DNA of 63,329 nt, filler included, from Octopus bimaculoides (GCF_001194135.2; 5 parts of 5 records of this genome joined end to end with filler, not necessarily neighbours in it), one strand, 5' to 3'; counted from the whole stretch's first letter, positions 29,300 through 39,334 are shown. Program-made: numbers and translations. The notes: generated from the letters alone by a model not told the origin.

Positions 29300-31129
29300 T
29301 TATTTGTTTGTGAATATTCGTGTTGTGTTTGCTAACTGAGGATTGTTTGTAAATAAATGTGTTGCTGGAGCCATTTGTAAAGTGGGGAAAAGTTGAGCAG
29401 TTGAAGACATTTGGATTGTATGAAAAATCTGTGTGATGGGTGTGTTAGGAAGTGTGACTGTGTGTGCACCGAGTGTTGCCTGCTGTGGGATCACAGCAGT
29501 AGCAGTGCCTGCATTGGTGTGAAATACTGCTTGGCCTTCTGTTAGCTGTGCTTGTGAATCAATGGCTGTTAGTCCTGAAGCAGTGCTTGCATCTTGAATT
29601 ATGTTGGATTGTGTTGTCTGTTGTTGTTGATGATGTTGCACTTGTTGTTGTGTCAGTTGTATTTGCTGTAGATCGTTTTGAAAATGCACCTCAGTGACAG
29701 TAGCCCCTGTTGCTGGAGCATCTTCTGTTGTATTGTTCACAACTTCTGCCATAACATCAGCACGTGGCACACAGCTCAGCTTCCTTCGGCCCTTTGTAGG
29801 TGTTTTGTGTTTAAGAAGGTGGTCATAACGAGAAAAGGCAAACCCACACAGATTGCACTGGTAAGGTCGTTCACCGGAGTGGATTCGGGCATGAACTTTA
29901 AGGTAAGACTTCCGAGAGAATGCCTTATCGCATATTTCACAACTGTACTGTTTACTGGCACCTTCTTGGTGACACAGTTTGTGTCGTTCAAGATTGTCAC
30001 GCCGGGAAAAAGTTTTGCTGCAAACAGAGCAGTGAAATGGAACTGCATTGCAGTTGACACTTTTCTGAGGTGGCTTTGTGCTGCTGATTGGTAGGGCATA
30101 AGTGGTGATGATTCCAGGACAGTTGTCTTCTTGTTTCCAGCAAATGTTTGAACTGTCTATTGCACTGGTGTCAAGGTAGCAGCCACTACAAGATGTTGCA
30201 ACAACTGCAGGAAGTATTTTTACAATGTTCATTACATTGGTGCCATCTGTAGTAAAAGCTTGCACACTGTTGTCTACATCTGTTGACAACTCCACACCAG
30301 ACGGCACTACAGCTGCTGCTGCATGTGGTACAACAGCTGATGCAGTTGGTACAACAGTTGCAGCAGCAGCAACAGCTTCTTCATCATCAATGTCCTGTTT
30401 TAACACAAGATGGGGCTGATACTGTTGCAGCTCAGACTGTTGCTGCAATTGCTGTTGAAGAAGTAGTTGTTGTTGTTGTTGATGCTGTTGCAATTCTTGC
30501 TGAATCTGCAACAGATCAGATGTTGTTAATTTTTTTGTATCTTCATCTTCTTTTATTGCACAGATGTAGTTTACCTGATTTTCACCTGACAACACAGGAA
30601 ATGCATTAGAAATAATGCAACGTTCACTTGGTGGTTGTTGTAAGGAGCTTTGACAGGTTTTTTGTTGCTGTTTCTGTTGTTCACTAAGGACTTCTGAAAC
30701 CTGACTTGAAATATTGCTGCGGGTACTACTACTACTACTACTACTACTACTGTTGTTGTTGGCAGTGGTAGTGGTAGTAGTGGTGGTGGTGACATTGTTT
30801 ACATCATTGCTTGTAGAGACTGGCATGACACTGGCAACAGAAGAAATAATGTGGCTGAATATTTTGTCTGTATGCTGCTTACGACGATGCCGCATCAAGT
30901 GGTCATCACGTGCAAATGCACAGCTGCAAATCCCACAGACATATGGCTTCTCACCAGTGTGTGATCGACCATGCACCTTCAAATAAGACTTGCGTGAGAA
31001 TCCTTTTTGGCAGACATCGCAGTAGTAAACTGGTCTGGACAGGTGTGCAGCCTTGTGCCTCTCCAAGTTGTCACGACGGCTGAATGACTTTCCACAGATA
31101 TCACAGCGAGGAATCTTCTTCATCTTCAT
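29300..31129 (-). CDS. C2H2 zinc-finger protein, ~609 aa, two 3-finger arrays separated by a T/S/Q/A-rich linker
   Basis: Uninterrupted 1.8-kb ORF with six C-x2-C-x3-F-x5-L-x2-H motifs and TGEKPY/SGERPY linkers. The ORF track starts at TTG 31138; the first ATG is 31129 and a second ATG with better context (A at -3) is 31123. In-frame upstream stop at 31151-31153. Confidence 0.92.
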   Translation of the reverse strand: MKMKKIPRCDICGKSFSRRDNLERHKAAHLSRPVYYCDVCQKGFSRKSYLKVHGRSHTGEKPYVCGICSCAFARDDHLMRHRRKQHTDKIFSHIISSVASVMPVSTSNDVNNVTTTTTTTTTANNNSSSSSSSSSTRSNISSQVSEVLSEQQKQQQKTCQSSLQQPPSERCIISNAFPVLSGENQVNYICAIKEDEDTKKLTTSDLLQIQQELQQHQQQQQLLLQQQLQQQSELQQYQPHLVLKQDIDDEEAVAAAATVVPTASAVVPHAAAAVVPSGVELSTDVDNSVQAFTTDGTNVMNIVKILPAVVATSCSGCYLDTSAIDSSNICWKQEDNCPGIITTYALPISSTKPPQKSVNCNAVPFHCSVCSKTFSRRDNLERHKLCHQEGASKQYSCEICDKAFSRKSYLKVHARIHSGERPYQCNLCGFAFSRYDHLLKHKTPTKGRRKLSCVPRADVMAEVVNNTTEDAPATGATVTEVHFQNDLQQIQLTQQQVQHHQQQQTTQSNIIQDASTASGLTAIDSQAQLTEGQAVFHTNAGTATAVIPQQATLGAHTVTLPNTPITQIFHTIQMSSTAQLFPTLQMAPATHLFTNNPQLANTTRIFTNK

Positions 31130-31154
31130 CGAGAACAACAGGGTTGGGCTTCAT
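31101..31154 (-). other. Out-of-frame upstream ORF (MKPNPVVLDEDEEDSSL*) overlapping the ZF start
   Basis: ATG at 31154-31152 and TGA at 31103-31101, read directly. Function is not shown. Confidence 0.5.
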
Positions 31155-31231
31155 CCAAGAGGATGAAGCAAAATTTGATGAACAAGTGAGAGAGCGAGTG
31201 TTGGGAGAAAATATTACTTACTGAATGGAAT

Positions 31232-31252
31232 CTGGAAAGTTATAAGTGTTAC
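31232..31252 (-). other. Candidate 3' splice acceptor for the ZF coding exon
   Basis: Minus strand reads TAACACTTATAACTTTCCAG|ATT, ~100 nt upstream of the ATG. Confidence 0.45.
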
Positions 31253-31404
31253 TTTACAAATGATTCCCTAATTAGACAGAGAAATCTCTCAGTGGGTGGG
31301 AGGAATCATATTGTAAAAATGTTTTGTACATGACTTTTGCTTTAAAAAGTTAGTAAAACAGATAAGTATTGTTTAATGGTGATGGGCAGGCAGTTTTAAA
31401 CAAC

Positions 31405-31555
31405 GGCGTTAGGAAGGGCATCCATCTGTAGAAACTCTGCCAAATCAGATTGGAGCCTGGTGTTGCCATCTGGTGTCACCAGTCCTCAGTCAAATTGTCC
31501 AACCCATGCTAGCATGGAAAGCGGATGTTAAATGATGATGATGATGATGATGAGA
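31405..31555 (+). mobile_element. RTE-type 3' tail fragment
   Basis: GTTAGGAAGGGCATCC...CCAACCCATGCTAGCATGGAAAG...(GAT)n. Similar pieces lie at ~32200-32385 (+) and ~24790-24960 (-). Confidence 0.7.
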
Positions 31556-33933
31556 ACTATCACCAGAATCAATGTTAGCAGAAGTCTTCTCCTTCTCCTC
31601 TTCCTGTCTCTGGGATAGTAATTACCATTTTGCACTTTTATGGAATTACTGGAAAACAAAAGAAAAAGAAAAATACAGGTAAGTAGTTTGTAGATACTAC
31701 TGAGGTCAATTTTGCTGAGTCAGTAAAATAAGTAGCAGTTAAGTATTGAGGCTCATATATTGCTTGTCCCTTCCAACTAAAATTTCTGGCCTTGTACCAA
31801 TGCAAAAAAAAAAAACAATATTTAAATGCAACTGAAGGTGAAGTTGCAAGTAGTATTTACATAAGCAACATGCATCTTATGGACAGTCAAAGGCTGAAAC
31901 CAAAATATTGTTCATCTCAGCTGTTGTCCATTAATTTTCCCTCAGTTTTCATTCACTTTGTATCTATCATCATCTCCTTTCTCCCACCGATTTTAGTCTT
32001 TCTGCTGTCATTGCTTTCTCTCTCACCCACCCTTCCTTGTTTACATTATCTGAGTAAAGTTACTGAGGCATCATCTGCATTGATGTCACAGCAAAAGCCC
32101 TTCTCCCTCCTCTCCAGGTATCTTCTAAAGTGATTGGTGAGCAAGCAGAGCAAAAGTAGGGCTCTGATGTTCTTTCATTCTTACCATACAAAGGATTGCT
32201 GGTGCACCCAGTCCACTCTGTAAAAGTTGATGATAGGAAAGATATCTTTCAGCTGTAGAAACTGAGCCTAAATGACATATATGAGCATTAGTCTATGAGA
32301 AAAATTTTAAAAAGTGACTCAGAGAGTGATTACTTGTCCAACCCATGCCAGCATGGAAAGTAGACATAAAATGATGATGATGATAACAAACAAATGAAGT
32401 TCATACAAGAGTGTATTACAAATAAGTAAATAAATAAAACAATAAGGTGCACTTCTCAACATTTTATACATTTCTATGGCGTATTGCATAACATATAGAT
32501 GAATATTTTACATTTTCTCCAATATTTCAAAAATGAAAGATTTTCTCTTTGTGATCCTTTCAGAACTATTCTGAGCCCCAATTTGGATTGTGATCTATAG
32601 TTTAGGGAACTGCTGATATACTTAAAACTGCCACTGAATTATATCTTATTTGTTCTGTTTAGTGGTACGCATATAACACAAGGATGGCATCTAAGCAATA
32701 TTAATTACTCACACCTGTCACATATGTAACCAAGTGGTGAAGGTATTCACTAGGTTTGGACAAACTCCTCTGCAAATGTAATTATTATCTAATATTTATT
32801 TTCATTTTCCACAAATTGAATGCCTAATGGTGCCTCTATTTTAACAATTAAAATCATCTCAGACGACATTCTGGCATCTAAAGGCAGGTAAATGCTGTCC
32901 CTTGCTGGCCAAATTCAATGTAGGTCATAGTGATTCTTAAACTTTCCCACTTTTACGAAAACAATTTTAATCAAAAAAACAAAAAAATCTCAAATGCCTT
33001 GTCACATTTAACCGCAGACCAGCCCTTGAGCAGACTTACAATCAAAATCGCTCGGGCCGAGACCATTCCATCGTTTTAGGTGTATATACGACTACATTAT
33101 CTAATGTAGTGTAATATGTCGCTCCTATTTTAGCTGGTAGGGGAAATTTAGCTATTATTTCTAGGAAATTGAACGATTGCATACAAACTCCATAATTGGT
33201 TCGACCTATGCAATTTTTGTTGTTATTGTTTAACTCTAGGTCAGTCACGACTGAGTAGACTTATGATCACTGATATTCCACCCATGACCATTTAATTCTC
33301 CCGGATATGTGTACTTAGGACAACATTTTCCAATGTGTCTCTTCTTTTTCAAGGCGTAATTTGAGAGATGCGGCTGCTGCTTCATAGAAGTCATTGTTGT
33401 TTAACTACTGATAACCCCACCATCCTGGAGATTAATTGTTGAAAACATTCTGGATGTGACCATACCATCTTTTTACAAGAAACGTTATCCAATGTATCCT
33501 TCCTCTTATGAAGGTGCAATGCGATTTGAAGAGAGACAGGTGTGTTATTTCTTGCAGGTTGAGTGACGATCATATAAAAACTAAAACGATTTCATTCGCC
33601 GGTATATCGTTTCAACTTATGAGACTGATGATAAGTCCGTCATGCGAATAAATTTTGAATATTTACAGAAGTAGTTTATTAGGGTTATCAATTAATTATG
33701 CAAATGGAGCGGGGAGGGAAATCGGTTAACTTGTTTGTATTTGCTTTTCGGCAGTTGGAATGAAAATCGGACATGAAGCTTGGATTGCTTTCAAATCTCG
33801 ATCAAACTCTGTTTTCCGTCTTAATGGATTTCACTAGTTTTATTTATAATTAAAATGAAAATAATTAAAGAAGGAAATTAAAAAATAACATAGATAAAAC
33901 AAATAAAATATAATTGTAATAAACAAAACTCAC

Positions 33934-34030
33934 CAAATAATCAAATTTTCCAGTAAATGCCACAATTAATAAATAGCAATAACAAAGAAGTCGGTGAAAG
34001 CGGTGTAAATGTGTCTATATTCAAAAGTTC
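33934..34030 (-). promoter_or_regulatory. Candidate non-coding first exon / TSS region of the ZF gene
   Basis: Strong donor TTG|GTGAGT (intron starts at 33933), ATG-free non-repeat sequence in a CpG-retaining zone. It pairs with the acceptor at 31232 to give a 2.7-kb intron. The 5' limit is a guess. Confidence 0.4.
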
Positions 34031-34462
34031 CTACCCCCTTCCTCCTCAAACCTAATCAGGGAATTCTGTTGGTCTTAGGATGTTGGAGATATTCAGGAAA
34101 TACTATATGAATTCTAATACTGGACTGCTACTTTATGTTATTAACTTCGAAAGGATGAGAGAAAAAAAAGCAAACTTCAGCAGAATTTGAATATAGGATG
34201 TAAAGAGAAATGGTTGTTTAACTGCAAAGCATTTTGCCCAGTTCTCCTAACGATTCTTTTCATCCACCCTCCTTCTCTGTTGAGAGACATTTTATTTAAA
34301 ATTAGATAAATGTGGAGAATCACAGCGTAATTTCAAAATAAATAAATGAACAAATAGACGAAAGGAAATGTTTAAAAATAATATGGGTTACTCAAAATAC
34401 CGAAACGAAAAAGAAAAAAAAAAAGGATATTGTTTATTAATTCGGTGTACACAATTGGAGAA

Positions 34463-35072
34463 GCATTAAATTTAAAAAGCCATTTTGTAACATAACATAT
34501 ATACACCGTTGACAGACTAGAAGTTGCAGTTTTTATCTGAGGTAAAATCTCTTAAAGCCGTGCTGTGTTTAAAAACATAAATCATATCGGAGGGTTACGA
34601 AAAATCGCTTCTACAGCGGCAAGCGAGAACACTATATATATTTCGGCCTGTTTGAGTTTAGTCAATGACGTATACTCGTAACCAGCAGCATGCTTATACG
34701 AAATCCATCGCCTTTGAAATCGAGGAAACAGTGGAGAATATATTCACTGATATTGTGGCAATGCCAGTGAATATATTATTTACTGTTTGCCAAAAATTCG
34801 GAGGCGGTGAATTTTGTCTTAGCATGCAGTTGTGAGAACATGTCATTGACAAGGCTCAACAAGGCCGAAATGTATCTTATGCTGTCGCTAGCCGCTGTCG
34901 CTAGCCGCTGTCGGGACGATTTTTCGTTTCTTTTCGATATGTATATATGCTGTATATTTAATATAGTATGTTCATAGATTTTATCTCGGATAAAAACTGC
35001 AGCTTTTTGCCTATCAACGATGGATGTATTATACGTTAAGTATGATACGCACATGGTTGTATTGTTTAATGC
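34463..35072. repeat. ~610-bp imperfect palindrome (foldback)
   Basis: Perfect 13-bp inner stem AATATATTCACTG (34737-49) / CAGTGAATATATT (34765-77). Matching blocks continue outward: GTCAATGAC/GTCATTGAC, ACGAAAAATCG/CGATTTTTCGT, and TGCAGTTTTTATCTGAGGTAAAATCT/AGATTTTATCTCGGATAAAAACTGCA. Confidence 0.88.
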
Positions 35073-35709
35073 AATTTTTTTTCCTCTTGAAGGGATAGGG
35101 AAGGCCATTGCGACTCTATTGGATAGTTCTGCTCTGGATTACATTGATCTGAGCGTCTGAAGTGAAATGACGCTCAGCTGAATATGAATAACATTTCATA
35201 ACCAGCTAAATGATACCCTGAGGTAGCAAATATTAATTACTAGAAGTATCCTTAGTAGACTATGCAATCGACCAGTAAGATTTGAACTCAGGAATGTAGC
35301 GTTTTTATTCAATTTGAAGCTGTAAACCCCTTCTATCTATCTATCTATCTACCTATCTATCTGTCTATCTGTCTTTGTGTGTCTGTCTATCTATCTATCT
35401 ATCTATCTATCTACGGGTCTGTCTGTCTGTATGTATGTATGTATGTATGTAATATTTAGAGCTGTAAACAATTTTCTACAGTTTACTTTGCTATTGTCAA
35501 AATAGAAATAAGAGCAGTAAGGGCTGCAGATAAAAAGTATTACAATAAAACTCATCCCAAAGAAAAAAACAAAACAAAAAAACGAGTTATTTCCCTTGCA
35601 CCGTTATTATTTTATACATGTAATTGACAACAAATAAAATCAATCAATCTATCTATCTATCTATCTATCCACAAACACACAATCATGCACGCACACATGC
35701 AGACACTTG

Positions 35710-36085
35710 TCTTTTATCTTCACTAGTTCCAGTCGTTAGATTGTGGTCATACTGGGGCTCCGGCTTCAAGACTTTTTTGTCGAATGAATCGACCCCAGTA
35801 CTTATTTGTTAAAAAATCTTGGTACTAATTCTATCTGTGTCTGTGGTTGAACCATTAAGTTATGGGGACGTAAGCACGTCAACACCAGTTGTCAAGCAGT
35901 TTTATTGGTGGAGGACACCGACACACACACGCGCGCGAGTGCGCACACAGAGAAGCTTTTTCGGTATCCGTCTACCAAATCTAATCACTAAGTTTTGGCC
36001 GGTCCATAGCTATAGTAGAAGACACTTGGCCAAAGTGTCACGCAGTGGCATTGAACTCGGAACTGTGTGGTGTGGAAGCGTCTAT
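35710..36085 (-). mobile_element. SINE family A, diverged
   Basis: Reverse complement matches tail, body and head. Confidence 0.7.
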
Positions 36086-36179
36086 GAAAGCAGGAAAATC
36101 TGCAGACAAAAAGACTAAAAACAGGGGGAAAAAAAAAAAAATCTACAAGAGTTACTTCCCTTGAACCGCTATTTAATAT

Positions 36180-36496
36180 CTATACCCTGAAAGGAGGGCT
36201 GGGCATGCCGTGATTGATGATGCGCAGACACGCGCTGAGACTGCGACATCTCCGGCTCTACGTAGACGACGGTGAGCAGCTGTAGTCGCCGTTTGTGCGC
36301 CACGCTTTCCCGCAGCTCGTCTCCATGACCGAGCTGCAGTCGTGGATCAAGAAGAGGCTGAGGAAGGGCGAATGGCACCGCGAGTGTCGCGTTGCTCTCC
36401 AGCAACTCTGCCGTCCCGGGTCGACCTTGAGCGACTGCATCACAACTAACGCATTCTATAGGGGATTAGTGGAGGGGAGGTACGACGACGATCTCG
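36180..36496 (+). mobile_element. Younger, CpG-rich L1/Tx1 ORF2 fragment running into a gap
   Basis: KGGLGMP*LMMRRHALRLRHLR...GLVEGRYDDDL. Its end corresponds to the DDTLRETLG start of the 19540 fragment, so it is probably the same family. Confidence 0.68.
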
Positions 36497-36540
36497 NNNN
36501 NNNNNNNNNNNNNNNNNNNNNNNNNNNNNNNNNNNNNNNN

Positions 36541-36552
36541 TTAATTAATTAA
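36541..36552. other. Scaffolding linker TTAATTAATTAA inside an N gap (assembly artefact)
   Basis: The identical 12-mer flanked by ~44 Ns also occurs at 17993, 49149 and 55470, and contains stops in all six frames. Confidence 0.9.
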
Positions 36553-36777
36553 NNNNNNNNNNNNNNNNNNNNNNNNNNNNNNNNNNNNNNNNNNNNACAA
36601 GACCTGTCGAAAGCTCGGATGGACCTAGTGCAGGATCAATGGCTATCTAGCAATAGCACGGGTACGCAGAAATTCTGGGATGGTGTCCGGTGTGCTGAAA
36701 GACCAGTGGGAGTGAGGCGCCCCTCAGCTTTTGTTGAAGCATGTCTCTAGGAGAAGGTCACTCTGATATAAAACCAA

Positions 36778-37225
36778 ATGCCCTTCCTAATGCCAACCAC
36801 TCCGAGAGTGTAGTGAGTGCTTTTACATGCCACCGGCACAAGGGCCAGTCACATGGTACTGGCAACGGCCACGCTCAAATAGGTGTTTTTTACATGCCAC
36901 CTGCATGGGAGCCAGTCCAACGGCACTGGCAACAACCTCGCTCAAATGATTTTCTAATGTGCCACTAGCACAAGTGCTAGAAGGCAACACTTGTAACTGT
37001 TATGCTCAAATGGTGCTATTTACGGGCCACTAGCAAGGAAGCCAGACAGCTGCTCTGGCAATGAACACGCTCAACAGTGCTGTTAGTGCTCCAATGGCGC
37101 AGGTACCAGTCATCGAGTATGGTTCAATTACGATTTCACTTGCTCCAACAGGTCTTCACAACCAGAGCTTAGTGTCAAATGAAGGAGAGGTTGGCATGGG
37201 TGCCAGCCGTCGGATTCGGCTCAAT
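36778..37225 (-). mobile_element. Inverted copy of the same RTE 3' UTR
   Basis: The reverse complement aligns colinearly with ~37600-38020. Confidence 0.78.
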
Positions 37226-37291
37226 TTCAATTTCAGATTTTAAATTTCAAATTATATATATAATATTATATATATAATATATAATATATCT

Positions 37292-38150
37292 AAGAAGCAT
37301 CAATTGTGGTGTGCAAGAGAGATGATTGCGCTGGTATGGTCATGTGGCAAGAATGGATGAGGATAGCTGTGTTAAAAAGTGCCACACCCTAGCAGTTGAG
37401 GGAACCTGTGGAAGAGGTAACCCAGGAAGACCTGGGATGAGGTGGTGAAGCATAACCTTCGAACTTTAGGCCTCACCGAGGCAATGACTAGTGACCGGGA
37501 CCTTTGGCAATATGCAGTACGTGAGAAGACCTGGCAATCCAAGTGAGAGCATAATCTGTGGCCTCTGCCAGAAGTGTAGCCAGCTCACTAATTCGTATCT
37601 TTACTTCATTGGACACTAAACTCTGCTTGCGAAGACCTGTTGGGGTAAGTGAAATTGAAATCGTAATTGAACCATATTCGATAACTGGCACCTGTGCCAG
37701 TGGAGCACTAACAGCACCGTCTGAGTGTGATCATTGCCAGAGCAGCTATCTGGCTTCCGTGCTAGTGGCACGTAAATAGCACCATTTGAGCATGATCGTT
37801 ACCAGCGTCGCCTTACTGGCACTTGTGCTGGTGACACGTTAGAAAATCATTCGAGCGAGGTCTTTGCCAGTGCTGCTGGACTGGCTCCTGTGCAGGTGGC
37901 AAGTAAAAAACACCATTTTGAGCATGGCCGTAACCAGTACCGCGTGACTGGCCCTCGTGCCGGTGGAACGTAAAAGCACCCACTACACTCTCGGAGTGGT
38001 TGGTGTTAGGAAGGGCATCCAGCTGTACAAATTCTGTCAGATCAGATCGGAGCCTGGTGCAGCCATCTGGTTCACCAGTACTCAGTCAAATCGTCCAACC
38101 CATGCTAGCATGGAAAGCAGATGTTAAACGATGATGATGATGATGATGAT
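37292..38150 (+). mobile_element. 5'-truncated RTE-clade LINE: ORF2 end, 3' UTR with ~65-bp subrepeats, (GAT)n tail
   Basis: ER*LRWYGHVARMDEDSCVKKC...GRG/PRKTWDEVV is an RTE ORF2 C-terminal signature. Tail ...GATGTTAAACGATGATGAT. Confidence 0.8.
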
Positions 38151-38545
38151 AGCTTTGATATATATATATATCAAAGCTATGTCGCATTCTTCTCCACACG
38201 CAGTTGTCACATTCAGTAATAATGTCTTACGGTTGAGTTGATTTTTATGTTTTTTCCCTGAAGAGAAGATACATCTTTCTCAACATCATTCATTCCTTTG
38301 GAATGAACCAATTGTAATCTTCAAAACATATGTCAGAGATAAAAGAAATTATTTAACACATGTGTATAACTCCATTTATTTAATCTTATATTTATTCAAA
38401 ATATCTCAGATTAACAGTTTCTACCTCATAAACAGGAGTTACACCAAAGTTATTTTGTGAACTTTGCTACCCTGGTAACTATTAACCAATTTATTTTGTC
38501 AGAGTTAGTTGTTAACTAAGAAAAAATACATATAATAAATGCCTC

Positions 38546-38875
38546 CTAGCATTTGTGCTGGTAGCACATTAGAAAATCATTCGAGTGAGGTCGTTGCCAG
38601 TATCACTAGACTGGCTCCCATGCAGGTGGCACATAAAAAACACCATTTTGAGCATGGCCGTTACCAGCACTGTGTGACTGGCCCTCGAGCCGGTGGCACG
38701 TAAAAGCACCCACTACACTCTCAGAGTGGTTGGCGTTAGGAAGGGCATCCAGCAGTAGAAACTCTGCCAAATCAGATTGGAGCCTGGTGCAACCTTCTGG
38801 CTTTGCCAGTCTTTAGTCAAATCGTCCAACCCATGCTAGCATAGAAAGCAGACGTTAAACGATGATGATGATGGA
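38546..38875 (+). mobile_element. Partial RTE 3' UTR/tail copy
   Basis: Colinear with ~37825-38150, including the (GAT)n tail. Confidence 0.75.
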
Positions 38876-39334
38876 CTACTTTCTTCTTTATTATTGTAAT
38901 CCTTACATGAGGGGTTATTTCCAACTTTCCCTCTCCCACAATTTAGTAATCTCTTTGTTTAGCTTCCTATTATTAAGTCTATGAATGATATATTCTAAGG
39001 CATGTGATGTTGCTTGCGATGATTTCACTCTATGTCTACAAAAATCTTGTCGTACTTATTAGAATTAGGAAAGTGCCTATCTGATGCAGAAAAGAAGTCC
39101 CTGGCAATCTTGAATGATACATGTAATCTCAAAATGGCACAAAACCACAAAACATTGTATTTTTATACTTATTGTTTGGTCTCTTATGACTGGTATAATC
39201 AGAAACAGAGTCTTTATCTAAAGAATCCCAGTCAGACTTAGGTTTCTAGATCAGAAAGTTCATCAGAGCAATGACCATGGAAATGGAAAAGACAACAAAA
39301 GGTACATGACACTCAAGCACTAACCCAAAGCAGA

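Noticed and set aside
32186-32218. 33-nt AG/GT-bounded micro-exon on the minus strand upstream of the ZF gene
   Set aside because: It lies at the edge of an RTE-tail repeat, and such signals arise by chance without transcript support.
35149-35177. 9-bp hairpin CTGAGCGTC/GACGCTCAG
   Set aside because: A single short stem with no supporting context, within chance expectation for 63 kb.
37680-37985. CRISPR-like array
   Set aside because: Whole units are homologous with no unique spacers, it is part of a LINE 3' UTR, and the context is eukaryotic with no cas genes.
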